From Candidatus Iainarchaeum sp. (lineage in GTDB: Archaea; Iainarchaeota; Iainarchaeia; Iainarchaeales; DTGL01), in NCBI GenBank assembly GCA_021163505.1, contig JAGGVE010000004.1, positions 1 to 46,001 on the forward strand: a DNA stretch of 46,001 nt. Direction: 5' to 3'. Position numbers and translations under genes: made by a program. Shown one piece after another: positions 8,414-18,400 of the stretch (position 1 is its first letter; each line of letters begins with the position of its first letter). The notes under the pieces were generated by a model. It had not been told where the DNA came from. It did not search any database and saw only the letters and a program-made list of their open reading frames with translations.

Positions 8414-9340
8414 ATGCCAATAAGAAGAAAAAGGCCCTGGAAAGGGGTTAAAGAAACCAAGAGGGCGCAGGTAAGTAAAGTAAACGTAGACCATGTTATA
8501 GAGGAAAAGCACAGAGTGTACCATACAAAAGAAATTAATGTTACGCGGTTGCCGCCGGAAATAAGGGAAAAGGTTTTGGAAAGCCCCGAGGAAATAACTG
8601 AGGCTTTGAGAAAGGTAATGGCCGAAAAAGAGCAGCCAAAAAAGGAAAAGGAAAAACCAAAGCATGAGTTTGCAGATATTCCCTTTCCACCTGGAAAGGT
8701 GTATACTGGCAAGGGAAAAGATGTTCACACTCTTTACAACTTATGGAGCAAGGCGCTGAATAATCAGCTAAAAATGGTAAAAACCTCAATAGAAAGCGCA
8801 CAAAAAACTTTGAAAACAATGGAGGATGAATTAAGAGAAAAAAGGCATGGTAAATACGTAGCAAAAACCCTTGGTACTCTGTTTAAGATTTGGAGCCCCT
8901 CTGAAATTAGAGAGATTGCCGAACATCCAATAAGAACTATGAGCGAAGGGGCCATCGGAACAAGGTGGAAGATAAGAAGATTAAGGGCGGAACTAGAAAT
9001 AATAGCTCGGCATAGAGAAGAATGGGTCAAACTCTATGAAAGGGAACTGCAATTACTGAAAGAGGCGTATGAAAAATACAAAGAAGATCCGACCAAAGAA
9101 AATGCAGAAAGGTTTGCAAAGGTATTGAGAAAGATTATAGAAATGAATGCTGAATTACAACAGGCTTGCACAGCTGAAGCTTTTACCAGATGGAAGCATT
9201 GGAGATTTTTTAAGGACGGATTTGTTGATAAACAGTACTACAAAAGAGTTATAGCCTATGGTAAAAGGTTAAGAAAAGATCCGAAATATATCCCAAGGTT
9301 ATTTGCAGCTGCGTTTGCGGAATTAGACAGAAGACGCTAA
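8414..9340 (+). CDS. Basic alpha-helical/coiled-coil hypothetical protein, 308 aa
   Basis: GGGTGA RBS before ATG 8414 (MPIRRKRPW...), preferred to the track GTG at 8405. Long open frame. Stop overlaps the convergent gene by 4 nt. Confidence 0.8.
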   Translation: MPIRRKRPWKGVKETKRAQVSKVNVDHVIEEKHRVYHTKEINVTRLPPEIREKVLESPEEITEALRKVMAEKEQPKKEKEKPKHEFADIPFPPGKVYTGKGKDVHTLYNLWSKALNNQLKMVKTSIESAQKTLKTMEDELREKRHGKYVAKTLGTLFKIWSPSEIREIAEHPIRTMSEGAIGTRWKIRRLRAELEIIARHREEWVKLYERELQLLKEAYEKYKEDPTKENAERFAKVLRKIIEMNAELQQACTAEAFTRWKHWRFFKDGFVDKQYYKRVIAYGKRLRKDPKYIPRLFAAAFAELDRRR

Positions 9341-12300
9341 CATCGCTTTTTTATGAAATATATGCGCACGCTGACAAAGGAAAGCACAAGCAGCCCTATA
9401 TAAATTATAAGCAGTAATGGTTGCTCTGGCAGCGAAGGCAGATTGAATGGACCACCTCCCAAACCAGCCTGAATGTTCATTATATTATCGCCTGGCTTTG
9501 TTATTATTTGGCCGCCTGGTGTTGCCTGTGTTAGAGCACCGCTTCTAAACGCTTCAAGAAGAGGTAAAAGTTGAGCATTTTCTACATGCCACATTCCCTT
9601 TTCAGGGTCATACCAGAACGAGCCATTGGGTCCTTGAGCGCTTACAAGCGGCTCTGGAGGATAATTATTATAAACAACCATTGGTCTGCCATCCTCGGCA
9701 GTAACCCCTATATTATGCTCACGGCCATTAGCATCCTTTATGTGTATCCCTTCTGGAGTAACTTCAAAGGATTCTATAGGTGCTTCATACACCTCGCCTG
9801 TTTCCTTATTTATTATTCGTATATAGTCTTTGCAACATTCTATTCCAACACACTTGCCATCTGGTTCATATCTGGAAAAGAAAATAAAGCGCCTTGTCGG
9901 AGTTTCGAGAACAGTAAAGGGCCCTGCATTTTGTAGGGCCTGATTAAAACTATTAACCTTATATGCTTCATAGCCACCTGATGCTGATGGGAGAGCCTCT
10001 ATGGAAAATGCTGGTTCTGGACACATTGTTTCTGGGTTTATAACTTCCTCAGGTTTTAAGCGGATCCCGCCAATGAAATCCTGCGGAACATCCACGGCTT
10101 TACTGCGCTTTAGCCATATTATCAGTTCGTGAGTGTCGGGCTTATATATTATAACGCCATTTTCAAAAATAATTGATTCGAGCAGGCCTGCCTCTTTCCG
10201 CACACTGTTGGTTAAAGCAGTATTGCGGTTGGCTTGTATAATCACTTTTGCATTCTCCCCTTCAACCATTCTCCTTGGTGTACCCTCCGCAACTATCCTC
10301 TTCTGATCGTTTAAGGCATGGATGCTATACATATCAGTGTTTATGGAAAGAACCTTTCCAAATACTGGCTCGAGGTTTAGCCTTTCCCTGTTTGGGTTCT
10401 CATACGGAACGCCGATCTGATATTCTATTCCCTGCAGTATGCAATCAGAAACCTCGGGAACAAGAACGAAAAGCTCAGAATCAATGTTCATTTCAAACAA
10501 TGGCTCGTTCGAATCAGGCAGCCCAACTAAAGTGTAGCGCTTTGGAATCTCTTCTGCGGGAATGTTTGTATTTGTGGATGTCAGGCGAGAAGCAATATTA
10601 TTATCAACAATAGTGTCAAGAATGTTTCCATTTTGATCTATAAGGAAGATTTTGCCCGCGTTAAAATCTACGAGCAATGCAGTATTCTTATCAGCTGAGC
10701 TTATTATTTTATGACCCGATGTTTTGTATTTCATTGGCGAAGTTTCACCTTTAAACCAGAAAGAGAACAGTTGTTCACCCTCAAGCGTTCCGACAGTTGA
10801 ACCTTCCATATGAACATTGGCTTGCACAATGTTGTCCTGCCTTGCACCATGAACAAACTGTTCAACCATTGAGTTTAATTTTTCTGCTGCCTGAGTGGTA
10901 TAGCTATTTTTATCAGAAACGAACATTGATGTTAGGGCATTGGCAAATGCATCTATGGAATTCAGGGCAGCTTCTGTAGAGAGCTGATTTGCCGCTTCCG
11001 TTTTATTACTCTGCTCTTCAGGAGCAGGTACAAATATATGTGTGTAGTAGCCACCGTCTACGTCTACACAGTCTTGAAGCTTTGGAGCAATAACAAGTTG
11101 CTGGAAAGTACTTCCAAATACGCCTGCAAACCCAAAAAGCCAATACCCTGCATTTTCTGCAAAAGCAAGGCCCCCGCCAATAAGTGCTGGATTCATCCAT
11201 TTGGGTAATGAGCCCAGCGTTACTTTCTCCACAGCATCTCTGCAGGTTTCTTTCTTGCGTATCGCTTCTTCCAAGGAAATCCTGGTGCTTCCTGAAACAC
11301 CCTGTTCTTTCCCTTCAAGATCTGTGTGGTGTGTGAATGTTATAAGAGTGCTACCCTTTTTCTTCGCTTTTTCCGAAACAATATCTTCAAGTATATAGGC
11401 GTCAAGCTTTCTGCCAGAATAAAAGCTTGAAAGGAAGTAGGAATAATCCCTGCCTGCACGGATTGAAACTCCGCAGCTTTCACAGCTCTCTGGAGTTGTG
11501 GCATAAAATGCAAGGTTTTCAACAGTATTTCTAATCTGATTGTTTTTGAGTTTATTATATATTTCCTGCAGTGGTTTGAAATTTGCAAACAGGTTTTTGG
11601 CGATGAATTCCCAAGGCATAACTTGAAGCATTCGGTTGAACATATCGCCTTGGTCAGAGCCTTCGTGTGAAAAAAAGTCTATAAATGCATCATTATAGAG
11701 CTCGCTTGAGCCAAGAGGCCAGCGCACCTCTCGCCAAGTATCTGGGAGCATATATGCGGAAGCCCACCTTTGATTTGCACCGCGTTTGCCAATCCAGTAA
11801 AGGTTAAAGAGAGCAGTCCATTTTATTCCGCCTTTTGGCCTCATATAGTTGTGGAAGAATTTATCTTGGTAAGAGATCGCTCTATCGAGCAAACTTAAAT
11901 AGCGCCTCTTCATAAATCCCTGAGCTTCCAAAGTATGCCTCATATAATCTGTATTCAAAGGAGCAAATAGCTTGAGATTCAGCAGGTTCCTTTCTTCGAG
12001 AAGCTTTGAAGCGAAATCTTCTGGGCTGAGCTCAGCAGCAAGGGTTTTTCCTTCTGAATATAAAGGAATTGAACCTGTAGCATGTTTTTTTATTTGGGGC
12101 AGGCTCCAATCTGCAACAGGTACAACATTTCCGCTGTCAAGCTTAACAAACATATCTCTGTATCTGTACCAGTTGGTTTCAAGGTCCTCAACAGTAACAT
12201 CACGTATGTGCCTCCCCGCAGGTTCCAAACGCCAGAGCTTTAGATTCCTGCCTGTTGTTTCATATATGGAGCCTGCAAAATGTCCGTCCTTTCTGAATTT

Positions 12301-13872
12301 ATCAAGCAAATCATACATATATGTTGAATCTCCTGCCAGCCAAGGTGGCGAGGTTGCGCCCTTCTGCTTCACGCTGTACGTCCATAGCCCTGTTGGGCTG
12401 CTCCTTGCAAACCATCCTGGAAGATCGGGTATAACCATAGAATCGGAGTAATCTATTATAACATTGCTCACAACCTTGCCGGTATCTATGCGTGCACCAA
12501 TTTCAGCCGGTGACCCAAATCCGTAAACTTTACGTATAGCGCTGTAACGCTTTTCAGCATGTTTTATCAAATCTGCTTGGGTTTTTGTATAGATGTCCAG
12601 GTCCTTTACAAATTTGTAAAGCTCTCTCTGAGTAATCGGATCATCTATTTTTCTCAGCCATCCATCTGGGGCAAGCCATTCCTTAACAAGCTTGTCTCTG
12701 GTTCCTGGATTTAGAAGAGCATAGCCCTTTGTCCAGCCCTGGCCTTCACTGAGCAATGCTCGAAGCTTCCCCACCTCTGGGTACTGTGTGGCTCTTAACT
12801 TCAATCTTGCTCTGAGACGTCTACCGAAAAAACTATTTGGATTAGCATAAAGCTTCCTTCGCATATAGCTCGCTATGCTGCTATCAGAGAAGCGCCAGGG
12901 AAATACCTTGCTCATTCCAAGATGCTTAAATAATAGGCGTCCCTTTCCAAGCAGGGTCGGCATAACTGTGGAAAACGTCATATCAAACGAAAACCACTGG
13001 TTATAGTATTTGTCGAAAAGCGAATATATAGAAATTACACAATCCGCACTGTTGCAGGTTGTTTGCCCATATGCATAGAAGTTGTATGTGAGAATTGAAT
13101 TTGGAATAACCTTCCCTGGAACCCTAACATAGGTTTCTATATTCGCATCATTGACATCGGTAAAAGCCAAACGCATTTTGAGGTCTTCTTCTGCACTTTC
13201 AGGCAGGCCAAGCTGTTCCCTTATGTGCCTGTAATCCTCATCTGTGAGATCTTCCTGATTTTTATCCTTAAGGGCAGGTACAGAATCTTTAAGCACCTTC
13301 CATAGATTCTTAAAGTCGCCTGTTATTCCAGTGCCAGAATTGCGCAGAGAAAGCTGCTTGCCGGCAAGCGGGCATGGAATATTCTTATCCTTTAAATTTA
13401 CGCATCGTCCAACGCGAAGCGTATCGGTGAGCACTATACCAAAAGCGTATGGGCCATTTATCCAGTTATCCGATAGGTGGATTGCACTATTTAGATCAAA
13501 CTTCTGGTCTGCAAGCTCAACCTTTTGCGCCTGCCCAGACTCTTTACCCAGAGGGATTATCACAACAGGGTTCTCAAGCTTATCCTGTTCCCGTGTTTTG
13601 CCATTGCTTCCAAACTCAGAACCAGTAAAACCATCTGAAAGAAGCTTTAAAATATTAAAAGAGTCCTCTGTGCTAAGCTGTCCAATATCACAGGTAAAGT
13701 GAGCTCTCTTCTCTGCTGCACTTTTTTGACCCTGTAGGAATAAGCTTTTACTTTCAACCAGACCATATGTGTAATTGGCATTGAATAGCAGAGCAATAAT
13801 AACAGCTACAAAAAAATCATAGATAAGTGAGCGCACACCTTTACTGCCCTTCCTTGTATCGTTTTTCAGCAT
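9337..13872 (-). CDS. Large (1511 aa) membrane protein of unknown function with N-terminal signal/TM, internal hydrophobic segments and C-terminal TM
   Basis: AAGGAG RBS upstream on the minus strand. Hydrophobic FFVAVIIALLF N-terminus. Paired cysteines in the acidic flanking regions. C-terminal LLLIIYIGLLVLSFVSVRIYFIKKR anchor. Confidence 0.9.
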   Translation of the reverse strand: MLKNDTRKGSKGVRSLIYDFFVAVIIALLFNANYTYGLVESKSLFLQGQKSAAEKRAHFTCDIGQLSTEDSFNILKLLSDGFTGSEFGSNGKTREQDKLENPVVIIPLGKESGQAQKVELADQKFDLNSAIHLSDNWINGPYAFGIVLTDTLRVGRCVNLKDKNIPCPLAGKQLSLRNSGTGITGDFKNLWKVLKDSVPALKDKNQEDLTDEDYRHIREQLGLPESAEEDLKMRLAFTDVNDANIETYVRVPGKVIPNSILTYNFYAYGQTTCNSADCVISIYSLFDKYYNQWFSFDMTFSTVMPTLLGKGRLLFKHLGMSKVFPWRFSDSSIASYMRRKLYANPNSFFGRRLRARLKLRATQYPEVGKLRALLSEGQGWTKGYALLNPGTRDKLVKEWLAPDGWLRKIDDPITQRELYKFVKDLDIYTKTQADLIKHAEKRYSAIRKVYGFGSPAEIGARIDTGKVVSNVIIDYSDSMVIPDLPGWFARSSPTGLWTYSVKQKGATSPPWLAGDSTYMYDLLDKFRKDGHFAGSIYETTGRNLKLWRLEPAGRHIRDVTVEDLETNWYRYRDMFVKLDSGNVVPVADWSLPQIKKHATGSIPLYSEGKTLAAELSPEDFASKLLEERNLLNLKLFAPLNTDYMRHTLEAQGFMKRRYLSLLDRAISYQDKFFHNYMRPKGGIKWTALFNLYWIGKRGANQRWASAYMLPDTWREVRWPLGSSELYNDAFIDFFSHEGSDQGDMFNRMLQVMPWEFIAKNLFANFKPLQEIYNKLKNNQIRNTVENLAFYATTPESCESCGVSIRAGRDYSYFLSSFYSGRKLDAYILEDIVSEKAKKKGSTLITFTHHTDLEGKEQGVSGSTRISLEEAIRKKETCRDAVEKVTLGSLPKWMNPALIGGGLAFAENAGYWLFGFAGVFGSTFQQLVIAPKLQDCVDVDGGYYTHIFVPAPEEQSNKTEAANQLSTEAALNSIDAFANALTSMFVSDKNSYTTQAAEKLNSMVEQFVHGARQDNIVQANVHMEGSTVGTLEGEQLFSFWFKGETSPMKYKTSGHKIISSADKNTALLVDFNAGKIFLIDQNGNILDTIVDNNIASRLTSTNTNIPAEEIPKRYTLVGLPDSNEPLFEMNIDSELFVLVPEVSDCILQGIEYQIGVPYENPNRERLNLEPVFGKVLSINTDMYSIHALNDQKRIVAEGTPRRMVEGENAKVIIQANRNTALTNSVRKEAGLLESIIFENGVIIYKPDTHELIIWLKRSKAVDVPQDFIGGIRLKPEEVINPETMCPEPAFSIEALPSASGGYEAYKVNSFNQALQNAGPFTVLETPTRRFIFFSRYEPDGKCVGIECCKDYIRIINKETGEVYEAPIESFEVTPEGIHIKDANGREHNIGVTAEDGRPMVVYNNYPPEPLVSAQGPNGSFWYDPEKGMWHVENAQLLPLLEAFRSGALTQATPGGQIITKPGDNIMNIQAGLGGGPFNLPSLPEQPLLLIIYIGLLVLSFVSVRIYFIKKRC

Positions 13873-13897
13873 AGAGACTCCTTTTGGTATATTATAT

Positions 13898-14434
13898 TTA
13901 AGAGGAATAAAGAAAAAAAATCACCCCTATAAAAACCCACTTAAAGAAAAAAATAAACATTCCAAATGCAATCATGCAGCAAATATAGGTTGAAACAAAA
14001 AGGCAGAGGTTTCTGTTGAATTTGTGTTTTTGCAAATATTTAAACATAAGGCTGCCTAAAACTATAAACGGAACTGAAAAGAGTGAAAAGAATGCCGAAA
14101 CCAGTAGCACCTTTACAACACCTATAGCAAAAATTCTCAAAAAATCAAAAAGCCCAAGAGTAAGCTCATCTGGCTTTACCCCAAGGGATTCGCGAAAGAT
14201 TGCCGAGAAGAAAGGAGCAAAGTATACAAAGGCAAAAAAGATGAAGGAAAAAAAGAATGCAACTGTTGCAACGCTAATGATCCAGGAAACCCCTGTCTTT
14301 TTGACAAACCTGCGATGAATGTAGCCGCCCAAGATCGATAAAAGAAAGAAAATGATGGAAAGAGCAAACGCTCCTCTAAGGATATCCCATATAGAAAACA
14401 TTAAATTTAAGAATTCCCCTATTGGTATAGACAT
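13898..14434 (-). CDS. Small polytopic membrane protein (4-5 TM, Phe-rich)
   Basis: Continuous hydrophobic helices. Probable start ATG 14434 (or 14401), because the track extension to 14632 runs into the divergent gene. Ends 25 nt upstream of the 1511-aa gene, so the two are probably co-transcribed. Confidence 0.75.
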   Translation of the reverse strand: MSIPIGEFLNLMFSIWDILRGAFALSIIFFLLSILGGYIHRRFVKKTGVSWIISVATVAFFFSFIFFAFVYFAPFFSAIFRESLGVKPDELTLGLFDFLRIFAIGVVKVLLVSAFFSLFSVPFIVLGSLMFKYLQKHKFNRNLCLFVSTYICCMIAFGMFIFFFKWVFIGVIFFLYSS

Positions 14435-14489
14435 CAATGAAATAAAATGTGTGTTCCTATATAAATATATTTTGCTAATGGTGAAAAGA
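14435..14489. promoter_or_regulatory. Short divergent promoter region with central TATA element
   Basis: TATATAAATATAT at about 14458-14470 sits midway between the two divergent start codons. GGTGA RBS at 14480-14484. Confidence 0.55.
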
Positions 14490-15257
14490 ATGGAGGAAGA
14501 ACTTGATATGGGAAAAATAGATGAAGAATTTGGTGCAAAAGAGGCAGAAGAAGAGATAGATCTAAGCAAAATACCAAGAAGGAAACGAAGATTCTTCAGA
14601 AACAATAAAATATTATTAAAAGCCTTAAGCAAACATATTCAGAAAACACCCGATGTAAAGGAAATCGAAAAAAGGAAAATTATAGAAAAACTGAGATGGC
14701 AGCTAAGCATGATAGAAAAGAAGGAGCTTCTGAACCTTGCAGATGTGCTATTTGAACAACTTAACGATAAAGAAGCCGCAAGCATAGTGCGCGCAAATAT
14801 AAGGGCAAAGAAGGCAGTAAGGCCAGAGCTTTCTGAAGAAGATTGTAAAGAAATTGTGGAGAATATTTACGAACAACTCAGGGAGGCTGCAGAGGAAGAA
14901 AGGCGCTTAAAGCACAAAGAAAAGAAAAAGAAGAAGGAAGTGGAAAAAATAAAGAAAACACTTAAGAGAGCAATAAGGACAACATCAGGTGCGAAAAGAG
15001 AAAAACGAAACATAGGGAAAAGAAAGCGTGAGGAAATAAAGCCTAAAAAACCAGCTGTAAAAGAGCCTGCAGGAGAAGAGTTACCGGCTGACAGTGAGGA
15101 TATATTGAGCATGCTAAAAGAGGAAAGCGCTGGACCTGGCGAAGCAATGTTAGAAACAGAGATTGGCGGGGGCTCAGAGGACGCTGAGCTGGATGTATTT
15201 AAGGAGCTGGAAGAACTAACTGAAGAAAAACCAAAGAAAAAAAGCAATAAAACGTAA
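14490..15257 (+). CDS. Highly charged soluble hypothetical protein (about 255 aa), helical/disordered
   Basis: GGTGA RBS then ATG 14490 (MEEELDMGKIDEEFG). No hydrophobic segment. Alternating acidic and basic blocks. Confidence 0.75.
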   Translation: MEEELDMGKIDEEFGAKEAEEEIDLSKIPRRKRRFFRNNKILLKALSKHIQKTPDVKEIEKRKIIEKLRWQLSMIEKKELLNLADVLFEQLNDKEAASIVRANIRAKKAVRPELSEEDCKEIVENIYEQLREAAEEERRLKHKEKKKKKEVEKIKKTLKRAIRTTSGAKREKRNIGKRKREEIKPKKPAVKEPAGEELPADSEDILSMLKEESAGPGEAMLETEIGGGSEDAELDVFKELEELTEEKPKKKSNKT

Positions 15258-15298
15258 AAGACCATGCGCAACTTGCAACGGCACAAGAAAGAAGTAAT

Positions 15299-15336
15299 CA
15301 AAAATTATATAAAGCACTAAATTTATTAAATTATAA
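15299..15336 (+). promoter_or_regulatory. Putative TATA elements upstream of giant protein 1
   Basis: TTATATAAA (15305-15313) and TTTATTAAA (15322-15330) in an AT-rich intergenic spacer. Confidence 0.4.
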
Positions 15337-15402
15337 AAATATAGGAAAGATAAAGCTGAGCGGTGATCTGGAAAAGGCTGAAATATTATAGCGTGGTATT
15401 GT

Positions 15403-18400
15403 ATGCTTCTGGATTATTTAAAAGATTTTTATTCAAGGATTGAAGATAAATGGTATGCGCTTTTGGATTTCTTAAGTGCGCGTGGCTTGCCAGCAAATGC
15501 ATATGCTGATTTTTTGGAAAAGAGAGGGATACCATCACTTCCAACAACTTTGGCAATCTTCGTCCTTATTTTCCTCCTGATATTTGCACTTGCCACTCCT
15601 AACACGCTTGATGTTTCTTTAAATATTAGCATAAAGGATGATTATGGGCAGGCACTTCGAAACGTTTATCTAAAAATAGAAACAGTTGAAGGGCAGACAA
15701 TAAAAACAAAGGCGTCTTCTTACAATGGGGATATAATAAAACTTGAGAATGTTCCACTAAACACAAAGCTGATTATCACTGCATCAAAGAAAGGATACAG
15801 TAATGCAAGCACTGAAGTGGAGGTAAATTCCAAAAGACTAAGCGCAGAGCTTGTGCTTGCTAGAGAGATAGAGCTTATAACAGCAAGACTTCAGGTGCTT
15901 GACACCGAGTCTCAAACTGCAGTAACCATGCCCAAATGCCATGTTGAATTTGAGGGCAGTAAAATAGCAGGACATGCAATAGGTTCTGGGATTGTGGAGT
16001 TTGTAGGAGTGCCCGCAAACATGGAACTGCACCTACAATGTGAAGCTGACGGTTACGAATCCGTGGATACATTCATAAAATTCTCTTCAGATGAAACACA
16101 AAAGATTGAGCTTGTACCAAAAACAGCAGAGCTTGCCGATGTTAAGTCACTCCTTATAATAGTAAAAGATTATGAAACAAAGGAACTTATCAGAGGAGCA
16201 AGGATTCTGATAACCAAAGCAAAAAGTGAAGAAGTGATTGCAGATGAAAACGTGGATAACGGACAGTACGTAGCTAAAATAGCTAGCGGTAGCATTATAA
16301 CTATAAGTGTCAGCAAAGAAGGGTACCTTCCATACACAAGCGGTTCAATAACAGTAAGGAGTGATGGTGAATTCCCAGTGCTTCTTAAAAGAGGAGGGAA
16401 AACGCTCCTTGTAAGGGTGCTCAACAAAGACCATGTGCAACTCGTAAACGTTAGCGTTAAGCTATTTGATGAGGTTCAGAACCTCATAAGAGAGGCAAAA
16501 ACAGATTTCACCGGCAGTGCGGTATTTGAAGGGATCGATGCGAGTAAAAAGCATATTGTAACCGCATACTACGCAGGCTTTCTACCAGGCTTTAAAGAAC
16601 TGACTCCAGAAGAACTCAGTAAATCAAACGAGGTAACAATTATACTTGCAAAGGCAACACTGGAGAATTCAGGCATGGCAACATTCAGAATAAAGGGCGA
16701 GAATGGTGAAGAGCTTGCGAACGCTTCAATTGAAATATACAGGATTATAAATGGAAAGAAGGTACCTTTGGGGATGGGGACATTGAAAACAAATTATCGC
16801 GGAGAGCTCACAACAATGCTGCCTGCCGGCGACTATATAGCAAAAATTGAAACACCATTGTATGCAAAAGAATATGAATTTAGCATAGAGGCTGGTGAAG
16901 AGAAAACCTTTGAGGTCACAGCAAGCAAAATTCCTTCTGTTAAAATAATACGTCTTGTAGATAAGGAAGGGAACCCAATCAAAGGTAGGGCGGTGGTAAC
17001 CACCCTTTCCGGAGAAGAACTCTACAATGGGCCTATAAGAAATGGGCAGGTGGAGTTTGATTCCAAGGGGAATGAAACTGTAAGAATAAATGTAATAAGC
17101 GAGGATGGAAAAACCTTTGAAGGGGAGGTAAGGCTTGGTAAAGAAAAAATAACAGAGGTAGAGGTTGCCAACGAAGAGGGGCCTGCAACATTGGAACCGA
17201 AAATAGAATTCCTTGGCATTACAAACGCGAACAATGAGGTCCTTGAAGGAGCGATAAAGGATCAATATGTATGGGCGAAATTCAGGGTAACATTCCCAAG
17301 CTGCGAAGAAGGCGGCGTGCATATAAGAGTGGGCCGCGATGATATCAGATTTGCAGATTCGCAGGCAGTTGGTATTTATGGGTTTGATGGAAGAGCAAGT
17401 TCATTCACCTATGGGCTCAGTTACCATGCGCCCTTAGGGCAGGTAACGGATCTTGCAAATAGAGGAAGGGCTGGAATAAAGAACAAGTGGATCAATATTA
17501 ATTTTAAAAACCCCGCAAACGAAGTGTTATTCGCTGTTAAAATAAAGGCGGACAAGGCATTCTCTGCGGAAAGCTTTGAGCTGCATTACAGGGCATGGGC
17601 AAAGGTTGCAGGGTCTATTTACCGCGATCCTGCTGATGAGGTATTGCTTTTGCAACCTTACAACGACCAGAAACACGGATTGTATGCAGAAACATACAAG
17701 GAGAATATAAGGGTTTTGGAAAGCGCGGCTGAATGCGAAGAAGGCATATGCCTTAAAATGGAATTCTTTGATGGGAGCGAGCGCATACCTGCTGAGCAGT
17801 TTAGGCCAAGAGTTGGAAAAGACTATATGCTTATAGTGGAGATAACCTCTATGCAAGATGGCCAGGGAAAGATAACGGTCGCTACACAAAATGAGCCAAT
17901 GACGCTGCTTTTCTCACAGATTAGAGATCCAAAGATTGGTTTGCTTCCAAGGGATAATTATACAAATATAGAGGTGTATGCGCCGATAGCCCTGGCAAAG
18001 GGAATTAGCAGAGAGGTAGGTGCAGCGTTTCAGACTATGAGCGAGGGTGGTGCAAAAATAACTGTGACAATAGAAATTGGTGAGAAAACAGTTAGCAGAG
18101 AGCTTTATTTCAACATATATGGGCCAAAGAGGCTTGGTGTAACTCTCTCCGAACCGGAGAATGTTCCTCTCGGCAATAACCTTGAAGTATTTGTGAAAGA
18201 TCAAGAAACAGGCGAGCCTGTAACAAATGCAAGGATTGTACTATCGAAAGCAGCAAGGCCGATTATAGAAACTTTAGGAGACGGAACCCAAGACAACGGC
18301 GCTAACGGCAGGTATGTTTTAAAAACCTCTGAGCTTTCCCCCGGAAAGTATGAGCTAACAATAGAAGCTGAAGACTCTGAACCATACAATCAAGAGCTGG

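Noticed and set aside
9571-13702. Plus-strand ORFs within the 1511-aa minus-strand gene
   Set aside because: Antisense shadows with no independent coding signal.
14352-14632. Apparent 280-nt head-to-head overlap of the two ORFs as given in the track
   Set aside because: Artefact of longest-ORF starts. The RBS and TATA positions favour starts at 14490 (plus) and 14434 or 14401 (minus), leaving no overlap.
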